From Acidimicrobiales bacterium (lineage in GTDB: Bacteria; Actinomycetota; Acidimicrobiia; Acidimicrobiales; MedAcidi-G1): a stretch of DNA of 64,000 nucleotides. Of the stretch, positions 30,577-41,209 are shown piece by piece; the first letter of the stretch is position 1; every line of letters starts with the position of its first letter. The notes beneath the pieces are model-generated. The model worked only from the letters and a program-made list of their open reading frames with translations. It was not told the DNA's origin and searched no databases. The stretch lies in the NCBI GenBank assembly GCA_014239855.1, contig JAAZXY010000005.1, forward strand, positions 12,267 to 76,266, in the 5' to 3' direction. Both the position numbers and the translations under genes were made by a program.

Positions 30577-31116
30577 TCAGCCGCCGAGGCCGGTGCCGAC
30601 GACCAGTGCGGCAAGACACAGCCACGGCCCGAAGGCCAGCGGCTCCCGCCAAGCGCTCCGCCTCGAACCCCGGTCAGCCACCAACGCCCGGACGGCCACC
30701 TGGCCGAGCGAGAGGATCGCCGCAAGGCCGGCCACGAGGAGTGCTCCGATCACGGCATCTGACGGAGCGGCTGCCGTCAGGCCCACGAAGGCCCCCAACG
30801 GCACTCCCAGACGGACATCTCCCCCGCCGACTCCGGAACCCGACCTGCGGTGCGATCCACGTTGCGGCCCGCCGGCCGATCCGGCACCCAGGGTCCCGGC
30901 CACGCGGAGCATCCCGGTGAGCACCCCCGCTCCCAGCAGCGCCCGAACCAGCGTCGGCGCTCCCTCCACGACAGCGAGCACGATCATGCCGCCGCCGAAC
31001 CACCGGACCATCGGTGTCGGAAGTCGACGGGTCCGCACGTCGACCGCCGACAACGAGACCGACCAGATGACCACCCAGAGCACGGGCACCCACCCGGGCA
31101 TCCCCGACAGGGCCAT
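30577..31116 (-). CDS. A24-family prepilin (type IV leader) peptidase-like membrane protein
   Basis: ORF 30577..31287 trimmed to ATG 31116 (MALSGMPGWVPVLWVV). SAVDVRTRRLP and GGGDVRLG (the two catalytic Asp motifs), PLAFGPWL. Confidence 0.75.
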   Translation of the reverse strand: MALSGMPGWVPVLWVVIWSVSLSAVDVRTRRLPTPMVRWFGGGMIVLAVVEGAPTLVRALLGAGVLTGMLRVAGTLGAGSAGGPQRGSHRRSGSGVGGGDVRLGVPLGAFVGLTAAAPSDAVIGALLVAGLAAILSLGQVAVRALVADRGSRRSAWREPLAFGPWLCLAALVVGTGLGG

Positions 31117-31130
31117 CAGCACTGAAGCGG

Positions 31131-32024
31131 TCAGCGAGCGGCCAGCGCGGTCCGGGCCGCGGCGTGCATCGCCGCCACCGGAGCTTCGACCCCTGTCCAG
31201 AGGGTGAACGCCCGGGCCGCCTGGAAGACGAGCATCGAGAGGCCCCCGTGGGCCTCGATTCCCCGGGCCCGGAGCGCCGACATCCACGCCGTCTCTGCCG
31301 GGTGGTAGATCAGGTCGACAGCCACCGCCCGTGCGCCGACCAGCGCCGGATCCACTGGTAACCCCACGGTGGCATCCGATACACAGGCCCTCCCGATCGA
31401 AGTGGCCATCCCGACCGGAGTGGCGTTCACGACCAGTGCCGCGTTCGCCAGCGCCTGTTGGAGCGACTGATCCGGTGACCCATCGGCCCCATTTGCCAGA
31501 CCGACCGCTCGGCCGACCGAACCGGCCAGCGCAGCGGCCGACTCACCACGTTCAACGGTGCGATTGGCCACCACCACGTCGGACGCTCCGGCGTTGGCCA
31601 CGGCCCGCACGACAGCCCGGGCCGCCCCACCCGCTCCCAGGACGACCACTGATCGTCCCGCCACGTCCATTCCGGCGTCGTGGGTCAGGCCATCCAGGAA
31701 ACCGCCACCATCGGTGTTGTGGCCCACCAGGAGGCCGGCATCGGCCACCACGCAGTTCACGGCATCGAGCGACGCGGCGTCGTCGGTGCACCGATCCACT
31801 GCCGCGGCCACCGCTGCCTTGTGGGGCATCGTGACCGACAGGCCGGCAATGCCGAGCGCACGCATGCCGTCCAACGCCGTTGCGGCCGACCCTTCGGCCA
31901 CCTCGAGGGCCACGTAGGTCCAGTCCAGTCCGGTCTCGGCGAACGCCGCGCCCAGCAGGGTCGGCGAGAGGGAGTGCCGCACCGGGTCGCCGATCACGGC
32001 CGCCAGTCGGGTCGCCCCACTCAT
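31131..32024 (-). CDS. aroE: shikimate dehydrogenase
   Basis: ORF 31131..32249. VIGDPVRHSLSP, SVTMPHK, GHNTDGGG, VLGAGGAARA. Start at ATG 32024. Alternative GTG 32093 (GTGGCTGA overlap with the mltG stop) would add a PDRTPDPTPDPNRD low-complexity leader. Confidence 0.9.
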   Translation of the reverse strand: MSGATRLAAVIGDPVRHSLSPTLLGAAFAETGLDWTYVALEVAEGSAATALDGMRALGIAGLSVTMPHKAAVAAAVDRCTDDAASLDAVNCVVADAGLLVGHNTDGGGFLDGLTHDAGMDVAGRSVVVLGAGGAARAVVRAVANAGASDVVVANRTVERGESAAALAGSVGRAVGLANGADGSPDQSLQQALANAALVVNATPVGMATSIGRACVSDATVGLPVDPALVGARAVAVDLIYHPAETAWMSALRARGIEAHGGLSMLVFQAARAFTLWTGVEAPVAAMHAAARTALAAR

Positions 32025-32085
32025 CGGGGGGCGCCGGTCCCGGTTCGGGTCCGGGGTCGGGTCGGGGGTCCGGTCAGGGGTCGGC

Positions 32086-33282
32086 TCAGCCACAGCCAAG
32101 ATCCTTCTCCACGCAGACCCTCCGCGCCGACTCGAATTCGGAAGCCGTGACGGCGAACGTGTGCGCGCCCGACACCCCACCCTCATCGGTGCGCACGTAG
32201 TACATCCACGATCCCGGCACGGGAGCCAGAGCGGCCTCCATCGATGCACGGCCGGGGGCGGCGATGGGCGTCGGGGGAAGACCGGCCACCACCCGGGTGT
32301 TCCACAGCGAAACCACCGCGAGATCCTCGCTCGTCATCGGCTCGCCGGCCGTCTTGCCCGCCGCGTACCGGCTGGAGGCGTCGATCCCCAGGCGCCAGTT
32401 GGCGGCCAGACGGTTGTGGATGACCCGACTGATCTTCGGACGGTCGCCGTCCAGCAGGGCCTCCTCCTCGATCAGCGAGGCCAGGATCACCGCCTCGTAC
32501 GGGGTCAGGCCGACCTCAGCGGACCGGGCCACCAGGTCCAGCTGCTCGACCACCCGACGGAACTGCTGGTGCATGCGGAGCAGCAGACCCAGCTCGTCAG
32601 CCACGGTGGCTTCGTCGAGTTGGTAGGTGTCGCCGAACAGCAGGCCCTCGACCGCCCGTTCCCGGTGCTCGGTCGACCCGTGTTCCCATCGGAGCCGATC
32701 GCTGACCAGAGCGGCCCGCAACTCGTCCTCCTCGAAGAGCGGCATCTCCCGCAGTAGGCGTTGCACCGTCTGCTCGACGGTGAGGCCCTCGGGCACGGTC
32801 ACCCTGATGACCTCCTCGGGGATCGGACCCTCGTCGAGTCGGGCCACCACGGCCTCGAATCCGAGGTGTTCCCGGAGGATGTAATCGCCCGCCTGGAAGG
32901 AGTAGTCGATGCCCGATTCGCAGTCGATGAGCCACCGGATGGCCGAGGGGCACCGCATCCACTGGCGGAACATGGCCGGGTTGTCGACCACCCCGGCGTC
33001 ACCCAGTGAGGCCACGACGTCATTGGTCGTCCAGCCCTCGACAATGGAGAACTCCACCTCGTCGCCGGGAAGGGCGTCGGGGGTCATCTGGTCGTCCACC
33101 CAGCCCAGGAAGAGCCGGTAGCCGACGACGAGGGCCAGCAGCACCAGGATGGCCACCAGTCCCCAGCGGGGCAGCGGTCCGAACGATGGTCGGTGACGGA
33201 CCCAGCGGACATCAGGACGGGGCTGGTGACGATCGGGGCCGCCGCTTGGATCGGAGACCGGTGGCGGCGCCGACCGGTTCAC
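32086..33282 (-). CDS. mltG: endolytic murein transglycosylase MltG (YceG-like)
   Basis: ORF 32086..33312. N-terminal TM segment, VILASLIEEEA (catalytic Glu), LWNTRVVAGLPPTPIAAPG. Start set to GTG 33282 (GTGA overlap with the ruvX stop). Confidence 0.9.
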   Translation of the reverse strand: MNRSAPPPVSDPSGGPDRHQPRPDVRWVRHRPSFGPLPRWGLVAILVLLALVVGYRLFLGWVDDQMTPDALPGDEVEFSIVEGWTTNDVVASLGDAGVVDNPAMFRQWMRCPSAIRWLIDCESGIDYSFQAGDYILREHLGFEAVVARLDEGPIPEEVIRVTVPEGLTVEQTVQRLLREMPLFEEDELRAALVSDRLRWEHGSTEHRERAVEGLLFGDTYQLDEATVADELGLLLRMHQQFRRVVEQLDLVARSAEVGLTPYEAVILASLIEEEALLDGDRPKISRVIHNRLAANWRLGIDASSRYAAGKTAGEPMTSEDLAVVSLWNTRVVAGLPPTPIAAPGRASMEAALAPVPGSWMYYVRTDEGGVSGAHTFAVTASEFESARRVCVEKDLGCG

Positions 33283-33716
33283 CCGAGGGCCTCCCGTCGG
33301 GCGTCCAGCCATGCCTGGAGCATCACCGCGGCGGCCACCATGTCGACCACCTTCCGGCGCTGCGGGGCTCGGAGGTCCTGTTCACGGAGGGCCCGTTCGG
33401 CGGTCACGGTGGTCAGGCGCTCATCGTAGGTCTCAACCGGAACCCCGGGTCGGTCACCCAGCACCCTCTCCAACTGGACCGCTTCGGCCGCCATGGCCTC
33501 GGCCATCGGACCCACCGACCCGTCCAGGGAATACGGGATTCCGACGACCACCACCTCGACCTCCCACTCCTCGGCCAGGTTGGCCAGGGTGCGATGTTCG
33601 CCGGGCCGGTCACCGGTCCGATGGACGACCTCTATCGGCGTGGCCACCCGGCCGTCGCTGTCGCTGACCGCCACCCCGATCCGCTTGGACCCCAGGTCCA
33701 GACCCAGGGCCCGCAT
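33279..33716 (-). CDS. ruvX: Holliday junction resolvase-like RuvX/YqgF
   Basis: ORF track 145 aa. MRALGLDLGSKRIGVAVSD...DERLTT. Confidence 0.93.
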   Translation of the reverse strand: MRALGLDLGSKRIGVAVSDSDGRVATPIEVVHRTGDRPGEHRTLANLAEEWEVEVVVVGIPYSLDGSVGPMAEAMAAEAVQLERVLGDRPGVPVETYDERLTTVTAERALREQDLRAPQRRKVVDMVAAAVMLQAWLDARREALG

Positions 33717-33721
33717 CGGCC

Positions 33722-36325
33722 TCAGCCGGCCTGGGCTGCCGCCCGCGCCTGTTCGAGTGCCTCGGCCAGGCGTTCCGGTGCCTTGCCGCCCACCGCGGTG
33801 ACCTCGGGATTGGAACGGCCACCTCCGCCAATCGTGCGGGCCGCGTCGGCCACCAACGCCCCGGCATCCAGACCGCTGCCCGGAGCCACGGCGGCCACCA
33901 GTGCGGCGCCTCCCCCCTCGGGGGCGGCACCCAGGACGGCGGCCCGTACCCCGTCACGGTCGCGAACAGCCATGGCCAACTGACGCAACCCGTCGCGGTC
34001 GATTCCGTCGATCAGCGCCACGACCAGGCCGTCCTCGGCGGACTCCGCCAACTCGTCGGCACGCCCCAGCGCCGCGCTGGTCCGCAGTGCGGCCAACTCG
34101 CCGCGCAGGGTGCGGGCTTCGGCCAGTCGCTTCTCGATGCCGTCCAGTACGTCGTCGACCGGTACGCCGACCAGTTCCGCGGCCTGGTCCAGAACCATCT
34201 CGACGGCACGGAGTCGGTCGATGGGGGCGGTGCCGGTCAACGCCTCGATCCGACGGATGTTCGAACCGATGGAACCCTCGGCCACGATCCTGATCGGGCC
34301 GATGTCGCCCAGTGCCCACACGTGGGTGCCGCCGCACAACTCGGTGGAGTGCGGTCCGGCTTCGAGGACCCGCACGGTGTCGCCGTACTTGTCGCCGAAG
34401 AAGGCAATGGCGCCCGCCTCCTCGGCCTCGTCCTTGCTGGTCTCGTAGTGGTTGCACGAGGGGTTGGCGAGGATGTCGGCGTTGGCCAGGTCCTCCACGG
34501 CGGTCACCTGTTCGGCGGTCAGGGCCTCGAAGTGACTGAAGTCGAACCGGAGCCGGTCAGGTCCGACATGGGAGCCCTGCTGCTTGACGTGGTCGCCCAG
34601 GACCCGCCGCAGGGCGGAATGCAGGAGGTGCGTCCCGGTGTGGTTGCGTCGAATGGCCGTCCGCCGGTCGACATCGATGACCGCCCGGACCTGCTGGCCG
34701 ACCGTCAACGACATCTCCGCCTGCCCGTCATCCGGGAGTTGGACGTGGTGCTGATGGAGGCCGTCGAGGGCCAGCGTGGTGTCGAGCACCTGCAGGGTGC
34801 CACTGTCTGAGGTCAGGGTGCCGGTGTCGCCGACCTGGCCGCCGGACTCCGCGTAGAAGGGCGTGCGATCCAGCACCACCACGTCGCCCTCGGCGTACAG
34901 CACGGTTGCCGTGGCCTCATCGACGTCGCGCCCCACGAACGCCGTGGCACCGTGGTCCTCGAGCACGGCCCGCAGGTCACCGGCCGCCGCCGACCCGCCG
35001 GCGTTCTTCCGAGCCGCCCGGGCCCGGTTCTGCTGGTCGGCCATGGCGGCCCGGAACCCCTCGAGGTCCACACCGATGCCCCGTTCGGCGGTGATCTCCT
35101 CGGTCAGCTCGAGGGGGAAGCCGTAGGTGTCGTGGAGCTTGAAGGCCACGTCGCCGTCCAGACGACCATCGTCGGCCAGCCCGTCCAACGCTTCATCGAG
35201 GATGACCGATCCGGTTCGCAGAGTCTCACGGAACCGACGCTCCTCACGATCCAGCACGTCGCGCACGAAGGCGTGGTTGCGGACCAGTTCCGGATAGTCG
35301 GGACCCATGATCTCCACGACGGCGTCCACCAGTTCCGGCATGACCTGGTCCTCGACGCCCAGCAGCCAGGCGTGACGGACCGCCCGGCGGATGATGCGAC
35401 GCAGGACGTAGCCGCGGTCCTCGTTGCTGGGGAACACGCCGTCGCTGATCAGGAAGGTCGACGACCTGGCGTGGTCGGCCAGGATCCGCTGGGACACGTC
35501 GGTCCGATCACCGGACCCGTGGGTAATACCGCTGAGCTCGCCGATGCGGGCCAGCAGGCGACAGAACTCGTCGGTCTCCCAGACCGAGTCCACGCCACCC
35601 AGCACGCTGAGGATCCGCTCCAGGCCGGCACCGGTGTCGATCGACGGCGCGGGCAGTTCGGTCATCGACCCGTCGTCATGCTGTTCGAACTGCATGAACA
35701 CGAGGTTCCAGATCTCGATGAACCGTTCGTCGTCCCCATGGGCCGGACCCCCGTCGGCCCCGAACGCCGGGCCCTTGTCCCAGAAGATCTCCGAACACGG
35801 CCCACACGGGCCGGTGTCGGCCATGCGCCAGTAGTTGTCCTCGCCGAGACGCTGGATCCGCTCGATGGGGACACCCACCTCGTCCCGCCAGATGGCCTCG
35901 GCCTCGTCATCGCTCACGTGCACGGTGATCCAGAGTCGCTCAGGATCCAGGCCCAACCGGTCGGTCACGAACTCCCAGGCGAAGGCGCAGGCCTGCGACT
36001 TGAAGTAGTCGCCGAAGCTGAAGTTGCCCATCATCTCGAAGAAGGTGAGATGTCGGCTGGTACGACCAACCTCGTCGAGGTCGTTGTGCTTGCCACCGGC
36101 CCTCACGCACTTCTGGACGGTGACCGCCCGGGGCCACGGTGCGGGCTGTTCGCCCACGAAGTACGGCTTGAACGGCACCATGCCGGCCACCGTGAACAAC
36201 AGCGTCGGGTCGTGCGGGATCAGGCTCCCGGACGCCTCGTGGTAGTGGCCGTTGTCGGTGAAGAAGTCGACGAAGGCTCGACGGACGCCAGCGGCGGTGA
36301 GCAGGGTCTCGGGAGTGGCACTCAT
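33722..36325 (-). CDS. alaS: alanine--tRNA ligase
   Basis: ORF track 867 aa. FTVAGMVPFKPYF, HTGTHLLH, LCGGTHV editing motifs. Confidence 0.98.
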   Translation of the reverse strand: MSATPETLLTAAGVRRAFVDFFTDNGHYHEASGSLIPHDPTLLFTVAGMVPFKPYFVGEQPAPWPRAVTVQKCVRAGGKHNDLDEVGRTSRHLTFFEMMGNFSFGDYFKSQACAFAWEFVTDRLGLDPERLWITVHVSDDEAEAIWRDEVGVPIERIQRLGEDNYWRMADTGPCGPCSEIFWDKGPAFGADGGPAHGDDERFIEIWNLVFMQFEQHDDGSMTELPAPSIDTGAGLERILSVLGGVDSVWETDEFCRLLARIGELSGITHGSGDRTDVSQRILADHARSSTFLISDGVFPSNEDRGYVLRRIIRRAVRHAWLLGVEDQVMPELVDAVVEIMGPDYPELVRNHAFVRDVLDREERRFRETLRTGSVILDEALDGLADDGRLDGDVAFKLHDTYGFPLELTEEITAERGIGVDLEGFRAAMADQQNRARAARKNAGGSAAAGDLRAVLEDHGATAFVGRDVDEATATVLYAEGDVVVLDRTPFYAESGGQVGDTGTLTSDSGTLQVLDTTLALDGLHQHHVQLPDDGQAEMSLTVGQQVRAVIDVDRRTAIRRNHTGTHLLHSALRRVLGDHVKQQGSHVGPDRLRFDFSHFEALTAEQVTAVEDLANADILANPSCNHYETSKDEAEEAGAIAFFGDKYGDTVRVLEAGPHSTELCGGTHVWALGDIGPIRIVAEGSIGSNIRRIEALTGTAPIDRLRAVEMVLDQAAELVGVPVDDVLDGIEKRLAEARTLRGELAALRTSAALGRADELAESAEDGLVVALIDGIDRDGLRQLAMAVRDRDGVRAAVLGAAPEGGGAALVAAVAPGSGLDAGALVADAARTIGGGGRSNPEVTAVGGKAPERLAEALEQARAAAQAG

Positions 36326-36398
36326 GGTCGGCCCAGCCTAGGGAGGCCATCCGGGGTCGGTGGAACCCCGGCGGCGGTCCCCGGCCCGAACGGGCGGG

Positions 36399-36692
36399 TC
36401 AGCGTTCGCCGGGCATCGACCGGATCGGCCGTCGGTGTCGATGGGGCGACCCGTGGTCGAAGGATCGGACGGTGGACCCGGACGAACCCGCCCCGTCACG
36501 ACCAGCCGCGGCCACCTGACCGGCGATCCGGCGGACGCCGTCGACGACGGCCGAACTGCGATCCGAGACCTCATGGCGGAGCCGGGCCGGCGCATAGCGA
36601 CGAACCGCCCGCCGGGCCCGTCGACGCAGCCACGCCGCCGACAGGGTGCCGGCGGCCCATCCGCCCAGAAGCCAGAACAGTCGTCGGCGCAT
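36399..36692 (-). CDS. small membrane-anchored protein, function unknown
   Basis: ORF track 97 aa. MRRRLFWLLGGWAAGTLSAAWL (one TM segment) followed by a basic/Ala-rich region. GGAGGG lies before the ATG. It fills the alaS-rarA gap, where actinobacteria often carry a similar small protein. Assignment is weak. Confidence 0.5.
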   Translation of the reverse strand: MRRRLFWLLGGWAAGTLSAAWLRRRARRAVRRYAPARLRHEVSDRSSAVVDGVRRIAGQVAAAGRDGAGSSGSTVRSFDHGSPHRHRRPIRSMPGER

Positions 36693-36725
36693 CAGAGCGA
36701 TCCCTCCGGTCGGTGGGAGACCACG

Positions 36726-38114
36726 TCAACCATCATCTGCATCCTCCTCGACCCGTCCCTGCTCGGGGCCCTGCTCCGACAGATGCGTGGACCGCATCCG
36801 TTCGGCGACCTCCTGCTCGAAGCCGTGTGTCGACGGATCGTAGTAGCGCCGCCCATCGACCTCGGGCGGGCGGTGCCGCTGCTCCACCCAGCCCTCCGGG
36901 TGGTCGTGCGGGTAGTCGTACCCCTCACCGTGACCCAACTTGGCGGCCCCCCGGTAGTGGGCATCACGCAGGTGCATCGGAACCTCGCCGGTGCCCGCCG
37001 CCCGGGCGTCTCCCTCGGCGGCCCCCAGCGCCGCGGTCACCCGATTGGACTTGGGGGCGGTGGCCAGGTGGACCACGGCCTGGGCCAGGTTCAGCTTCGC
37101 CTCGGGGAGGCCCACGAACTCGACGGCCCGGGCCGCCGCGTCGGCCACCACGAGGCCCATCGGATCGGCCATGCCGACGTCCTCGCTGGCCAGGATCACC
37201 AACCGTCGGGCAATGAACCGGGCGTCCTCGCCGACGTCGAGCATCCGGGCCAGCCAGTAGAGGCCGGCGTCGGGGTCCGACCCGCGGATGCTCTTGATGA
37301 AGGCGCTGATCACGTCGTAGTGGGCATCGCGGCCATAACGCAGCGCCTTGGTTCCCAGTGCCGCCTCGGCATCGGCCAGCACCACCCGGGTGCCCGCACC
37401 GTCGTGTACCTGATCCGCGGCCTGTTCCGCTGCCTGATCAGCGGCTCGACCGGCGGCCAGCGCGGCGGCCACCTCCAGGCTGGTCAGAGCGTGCCGACCG
37501 TCTCCGGCAGCCCGGTCGACCAGCAGGTCCAGCGCCTCGTCGTCTGCCTCGACGCCCTCGACATCCAGTCCCCGCTCCAGCAGGCGCCTCAGCGCCTCGG
37601 GTCCGAGGGGCTCCAGTCGAAAAAGGGTCGAACGCGAGAGCAGCGGGGCGTTCACCTCGAAGTAGGGGTTCTCAGTGGTCGCCCCGATGAGGATCAGCAG
37701 GCCCGACTCCACTGATGGCAGGAGGGCGTCCTGCTGGGCCTTGTTGAACCGGTGGACCTCGTCGAGGAACAGGATGGTGCCCACGTCACGCTCACCCAGA
37801 CGGGCCTTGGCCGAAGCCACCAGTTCCCGGACGTCCTTCACGCTGGCGTTGACCGCCGAGAGTTCGGCGAACTCCTGGGCGGTCACCCGGGCAATGAGCC
37901 TGGCCAGCGACGTCTTGCCGGTTCCCGGAGGGCCCCAGAGCACCACCGACGACAGGCGGTCGGCCTCGATGAGTCGCCGGAGCGGCCGGCCCGGACCCAG
38001 CAGATGCTCCTGGCCCACGACGTCGTCCAGCCGGGTCGGCCGGAGGCGGTCGGCCAACGGCGCCCGGCGGGCCAGGCGTTCGGTCGCCGCACTGGCGAAG
38101 AGGTCTCCGGACAC
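36726..38114 (-). CDS. rarA: replication-associated recombination protein A (RarA/MgsA AAA+ ATPase)
   Basis: ORF 36726..38459 trimmed to GTG 38114, after the aspS stop. [35 protein letters not shown], and the MgsA_C region ([18 protein letters not shown]). Confidence 0.92.
   Translation of the reverse strand: MSGDLFASAATERLARRAPLADRLRPTRLDDVVGQEHLLGPGRPLRRLIEADRLSSVVLWGPPGTGKTSLARLIARVTAQEFAELSAVNASVKDVRELVASAKARLGERDVGTILFLDEVHRFNKAQQDALLPSVESGLLILIGATTENPYFEVNAPLLSRSTLFRLEPLGPEALRRLLERGLDVEGVEADDEALDLLVDRAAGDGRHALTSLEVAAALAAGRAADQAAEQAADQVHDGAGTRVVLADAEAALGTKALRYGRDAHYDVISAFIKSIRGSDPDAGLYWLARMLDVGEDARFIARRLVILASEDVGMADPMGLVVADAAARAVEFVGLPEAKLNLAQAVVHLATAPKSNRVTAALGAAEGDARAAGTGEVPMHLRDAHYRGAAKLGHGEGYDYPHDHPEGWVEQRHRPPEVDGRRYYDPSTHGFEQEVAERMRSTHLSEQGPEQGRVEEDADDG
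37410..37445. repeat. 3 x 12-bp in-frame tandem repeat inside rarA
   Basis: Plus strand: CTGATCCGCGGC CTGTTCCGCTGC CTGATCAGCGGC. Encodes [12 protein letters not shown] in the linker before the MgsA_C region. Confidence 0.85.
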
Positions 38115-38131
38115 GTCCGGACGGTACCCGC

Positions 38132-39871
38132 CTACTCGGCAGGCGGCAGGACCCGCAGGCCCAACTCCTCGAGGTGGCGGTCGTCGATGGGCGTCGGTGC
38201 GCTGGTCAACGGGTCGGCTCCCGACTGGGTCTTGGGGTAGGCGATGACCTCGCGGATGTTCTCCTCGCCGGCCAGGATGGCCGTGAGACGATCCAGGCCG
38301 AAGGCGAAGCCGGCGTGCGGCGGAGCGCCGTATCGGAAGGCGTCGAGCAGGAAGCCGAACTTGGCGTGCGCCTCGTCGCTCCCGATGCCCAGGATCGAGA
38401 AGATCTTCTCCTGGACGTCGCTGCGATGGATCCGCACGCTGCCCGAACCCAGTTCCCAACCGTTCAGCACCAGGTCGTAGGCCTGTGAACGCACGTCCAG
38501 CAGATCGCCCCGCTCCAGCGCCTCGAGGTCGTCCACGTGCGGCATGGTGAACGGGTGATGGGCCGGGATGGGGTGGCCCGCCTCGTCGAGTCCCTCGAAC
38601 AGGGGGAAGTCGACCACCCAGAGAAAGTGGAGTCCGCCCTCGGTGACCGGCGGTCGACCCAGCTCGACTCGCAGCAGCCCGAGGATGTGGCGGACCGTCC
38701 GGCGCTCGTCGGCCACCAGCAGGAGCAGGTCGCCCACCTCGGCCTCCATCGTGGAGCCCAACGCGGCCTTCTCATCGTCGGTCAGGAACTTGGCCACCGG
38801 TGAGTCCAGGCCGTCTTCGGTGACCCGCATCCACACCAGTCCCTTGGCCCCCCAGCGCTTGCACCGGTCGGTCAGGTCGTCGAGCCGGTTGCGGGACGCA
38901 TCGGCCCCACCGGGCACCCGGATGCCCTTCACGCATGACGCCTGGAAGGCTCGGAACTCCGTACCGGCGAACACCTCGGTGAGCTCCACGAGCTCCATAC
39001 CGAAGCGGACGTCGGGCTTGTCGGACCCGAACCGCTCCTGGGCCTCGTGCCACGACATCCGCGGGATCTCGCCGGGTCGCTCGCCGGTGACCGCCTCGGC
39101 GGCCGCCGACACGGCATGGGAGATGAAGGCCAGCACGTCGTCCTGGGACACGAAGCTCGCCTCGGCGTCCAGCTGCATGAACTCGAACTGGCGATCGGCC
39201 CGGAGGTCCTCGTCCCGGAGGCAACGGGCGATCTGGTAGTAGCGGTCGACGCCACCCACCATGCACAGCTGCTTGAAGATCTGGGGGCTCTGGGGCAGGG
39301 CGTAGAACGAGCCGGGCTCCTTACGCGACGGGACCACGAAGTCGCGGGCCCCCTCGGGCGTGCTGGCAATGAGCATCGGCGTCTCGACCTCGACGAAACC
39401 CTGCTCCTCCATGGCACCGCGTACCGCGCTGTTGACCCGGGCCCGGACCTCCAGGTTTCGCTGCAGGCGGGGACGACGCAGGTCGACGTAGCGGTGCTTG
39501 AGGCGCAGCATCTCGTCGACCTCGGTGCGCTCGTCCAACGGGAAGGGCGGCGGCTCAGCGGCTGCCAAAACCGTGACCTCGGTGGCGTCGATCTCGATGG
39601 CACCGGTGGCCAGGCCGTCATTGGCCGTGTCGGCCGGGCGCTCGCGCACGGTGCCGCTGACCTGCAGCACGTACTCGCTGCGCAGGTCGTGGGCGCCGTC
39701 GACCACCAGCTGGACGACGCCGGAGCGGTCCCGCAGGTCGATGAACGCCAGATGCTCGCCGTGCTCGCGTCGTCGGTCGACCCAGCCACACAGGGTGACC
39801 TGGCGACCCACGTCGTCGACCCGGAGGTCTCCGCACCGGTCGGTTCGCATGGAGGTGGAGTAGTCGGTCAA
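38132..39871 (-). CDS. aspS: aspartate--tRNA ligase
   Basis: ORF track 579 aa. [12 protein letters not shown]...[17 protein letters not shown]-type class II motifs, GLDRL. The track start is TTG 39871 (TTGA overlap with the hisS stop). Alternative ATG 39850 ([10 protein letters not shown]). Confidence 0.95.
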   Translation of the reverse strand: MTDYSTSMRTDRCGDLRVDDVGRQVTLCGWVDRRREHGEHLAFIDLRDRSGVVQLVVDGAHDLRSEYVLQVSGTVRERPADTANDGLATGAIEIDATEVTVLAAAEPPPFPLDERTEVDEMLRLKHRYVDLRRPRLQRNLEVRARVNSAVRGAMEEQGFVEVETPMLIASTPEGARDFVVPSRKEPGSFYALPQSPQIFKQLCMVGGVDRYYQIARCLRDEDLRADRQFEFMQLDAEASFVSQDDVLAFISHAVSAAAEAVTGERPGEIPRMSWHEAQERFGSDKPDVRFGMELVELTEVFAGTEFRAFQASCVKGIRVPGGADASRNRLDDLTDRCKRWGAKGLVWMRVTEDGLDSPVAKFLTDDEKAALGSTMEAEVGDLLLLVADERRTVRHILGLLRVELGRPPVTEGGLHFLWVVDFPLFEGLDEAGHPIPAHHPFTMPHVDDLEALERGDLLDVRSQAYDLVLNGWELGSGSVRIHRSDVQEKIFSILGIGSDEAHAKFGFLLDAFRYGAPPHAGFAFGLDRLTAILAGEENIREVIAYPKTQSGADPLTSAPTPIDDRHLEELGLRVLPPAE

Positions 39872-41127
39872 CGCAGCCTCGTTCGCAGGGTCTGGATCAT
39901 CTGGTCCCGGGCGATGGTCTCCTGCCCACCGTCGCCCCGGAGGTCCCGCACGGTCACCGTGCCGGCCGCCTTCTCGTCTTCACCCACGATGACCGCCAAC
40001 GTCGCAGCACTGCGATCGGCGGCCTTCATCTGGGCCTTCATGGACCGGCCGTCCCACGCACGATCGGCCCGCAGGCCCCCGGCGCGGATCAGGTCGGTCA
40101 CCACCACGGCCTCGTCGCCGCCCGTGGTATCCACCACGAACACGTCGACGGCTGCCGCCGGCGCGTCGAACACCCCCTCGGCGTCGCACGCCAGCAGGGT
40201 CCGGTCCACCCCGAGGGCGAATCCCACGCCCGGGGTCTCCGGCGCACCCAGGTCGGCGGCCAGCCCGTCGTAGCGACCGCCGCCCCCCACCGCGTTCTGC
40301 GCGGCATCCAACGCCTCGGCGGCGAACTCGAAGGTGGTACGGACGTAGTAGTCGAGGCCACGGACCAGCCGCGGCGCCACGGTGTAGGGCACGCCGACGG
40401 CGTCGAGCGCCGAGGTCACACCGGCGAAGTGGGCCGCCGCGTCGTCCGACAGGTGGTCGATCATCCGGGGAGCGGCCTCGATGAGGGGCCTGTCGGCCTC
40501 CCGCCCCGAATCGAGGACACGCAGCGGGTTGGTCTCCAGAGTGGCCCGGGATTCCTCGCTGAGGGCATCACGTTCCGCGGTGAAGTGACCCCGCAGGGCC
40601 TCGACGTACCGGGCCCGGTCCTCGGCACTGCCCAGCGAGTTCACCAGGAGGGTCACCTGTTTGAGGCCCAGGCACTCGTAGAAGCGCCATGCCAGGGAAA
40701 TCACCTCGGCGTCGAGGTGCGGGTCGGTGGGGCCGAGAACCTCCACGCCCACCTGGTCGAACTGTCGGAACCGGCCCTTCTGCGCCCGCTCGTAGCGGAA
40801 GTTGGGCCCGGCGTACCAGGCCTTGTACGGCAACGCCGGCCGATGCTCGGCGAACCCGCGCACCACCGAAGCGGTCTGCTCGGGTCGCAGGGCAAGGGTC
40901 CGTCCGCCCTTGTCCTCGAAGGCGTACATCTCCTTGCGGACCACGTCGGTGGCCTCACCGAGCCGTTGGAAGACCTCGACGTGTTCGAACATCGGCGGGA
41001 TGACCTCGAGGTACCCCGCGGAGCCGACCACTTCGGCGAACACGTCGACCAGGGCACGCCACCGGGCCGAGTCCGGCCAGAGGATGTCACGGGTGCCCTT
41101 CGGGGCGCGGAAGACGTGGTCGGACAC
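39868..41127 (-). CDS. hisS: histidine--tRNA ligase
   Basis: ORF 39868..41238 trimmed to GTG 41127 (VSDHVFRAPKGTRD). LALRPEQTASVVR, GGGRYDGL. Alternative GTG 41160. Confidence 0.93.
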   Translation of the reverse strand: MSDHVFRAPKGTRDILWPDSARWRALVDVFAEVVGSAGYLEVIPPMFEHVEVFQRLGEATDVVRKEMYAFEDKGGRTLALRPEQTASVVRGFAEHRPALPYKAWYAGPNFRYERAQKGRFRQFDQVGVEVLGPTDPHLDAEVISLAWRFYECLGLKQVTLLVNSLGSAEDRARYVEALRGHFTAERDALSEESRATLETNPLRVLDSGREADRPLIEAAPRMIDHLSDDAAAHFAGVTSALDAVGVPYTVAPRLVRGLDYYVRTTFEFAAEALDAAQNAVGGGGRYDGLAADLGAPETPGVGFALGVDRTLLACDAEGVFDAPAAAVDVFVVDTTGGDEAVVVTDLIRAGGLRADRAWDGRSMKAQMKAADRSAATLAVIVGEDEKAAGTVTVRDLRGDGGQETIARDQMIQTLRTRLR

Positions 41128-41135
41128 GGTGATGG

Positions 41136-41144
41136 AGGCTACCG
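41136..41144 (-). promoter_or_regulatory. CGGTAGCCT -10 element, 8 nt before the hisS GTG 41127
   Basis: Sense GCCGGTAGCCTCCATCACCGTG, in the rel-hisS intergenic gap. Confidence 0.4.
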
Positions 41145-41209
41145 GCGCGCCAACCGGCACTCGCCGACGTGGCCGTCCAGCCTGTTCCGGGCGATCAGGT
41201 CCCAGACGA

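Noticed and set aside
32025-32093. Imperfect GGGTC(G/C)G repeats encoding PDRTPDPTPDPNRD between the mltG stop and the aroE ATG.
   Set aside because: Low-complexity GC-rich sequence. Whether it is translated depends on an unverified GTG start, and it has no independent structural signal.
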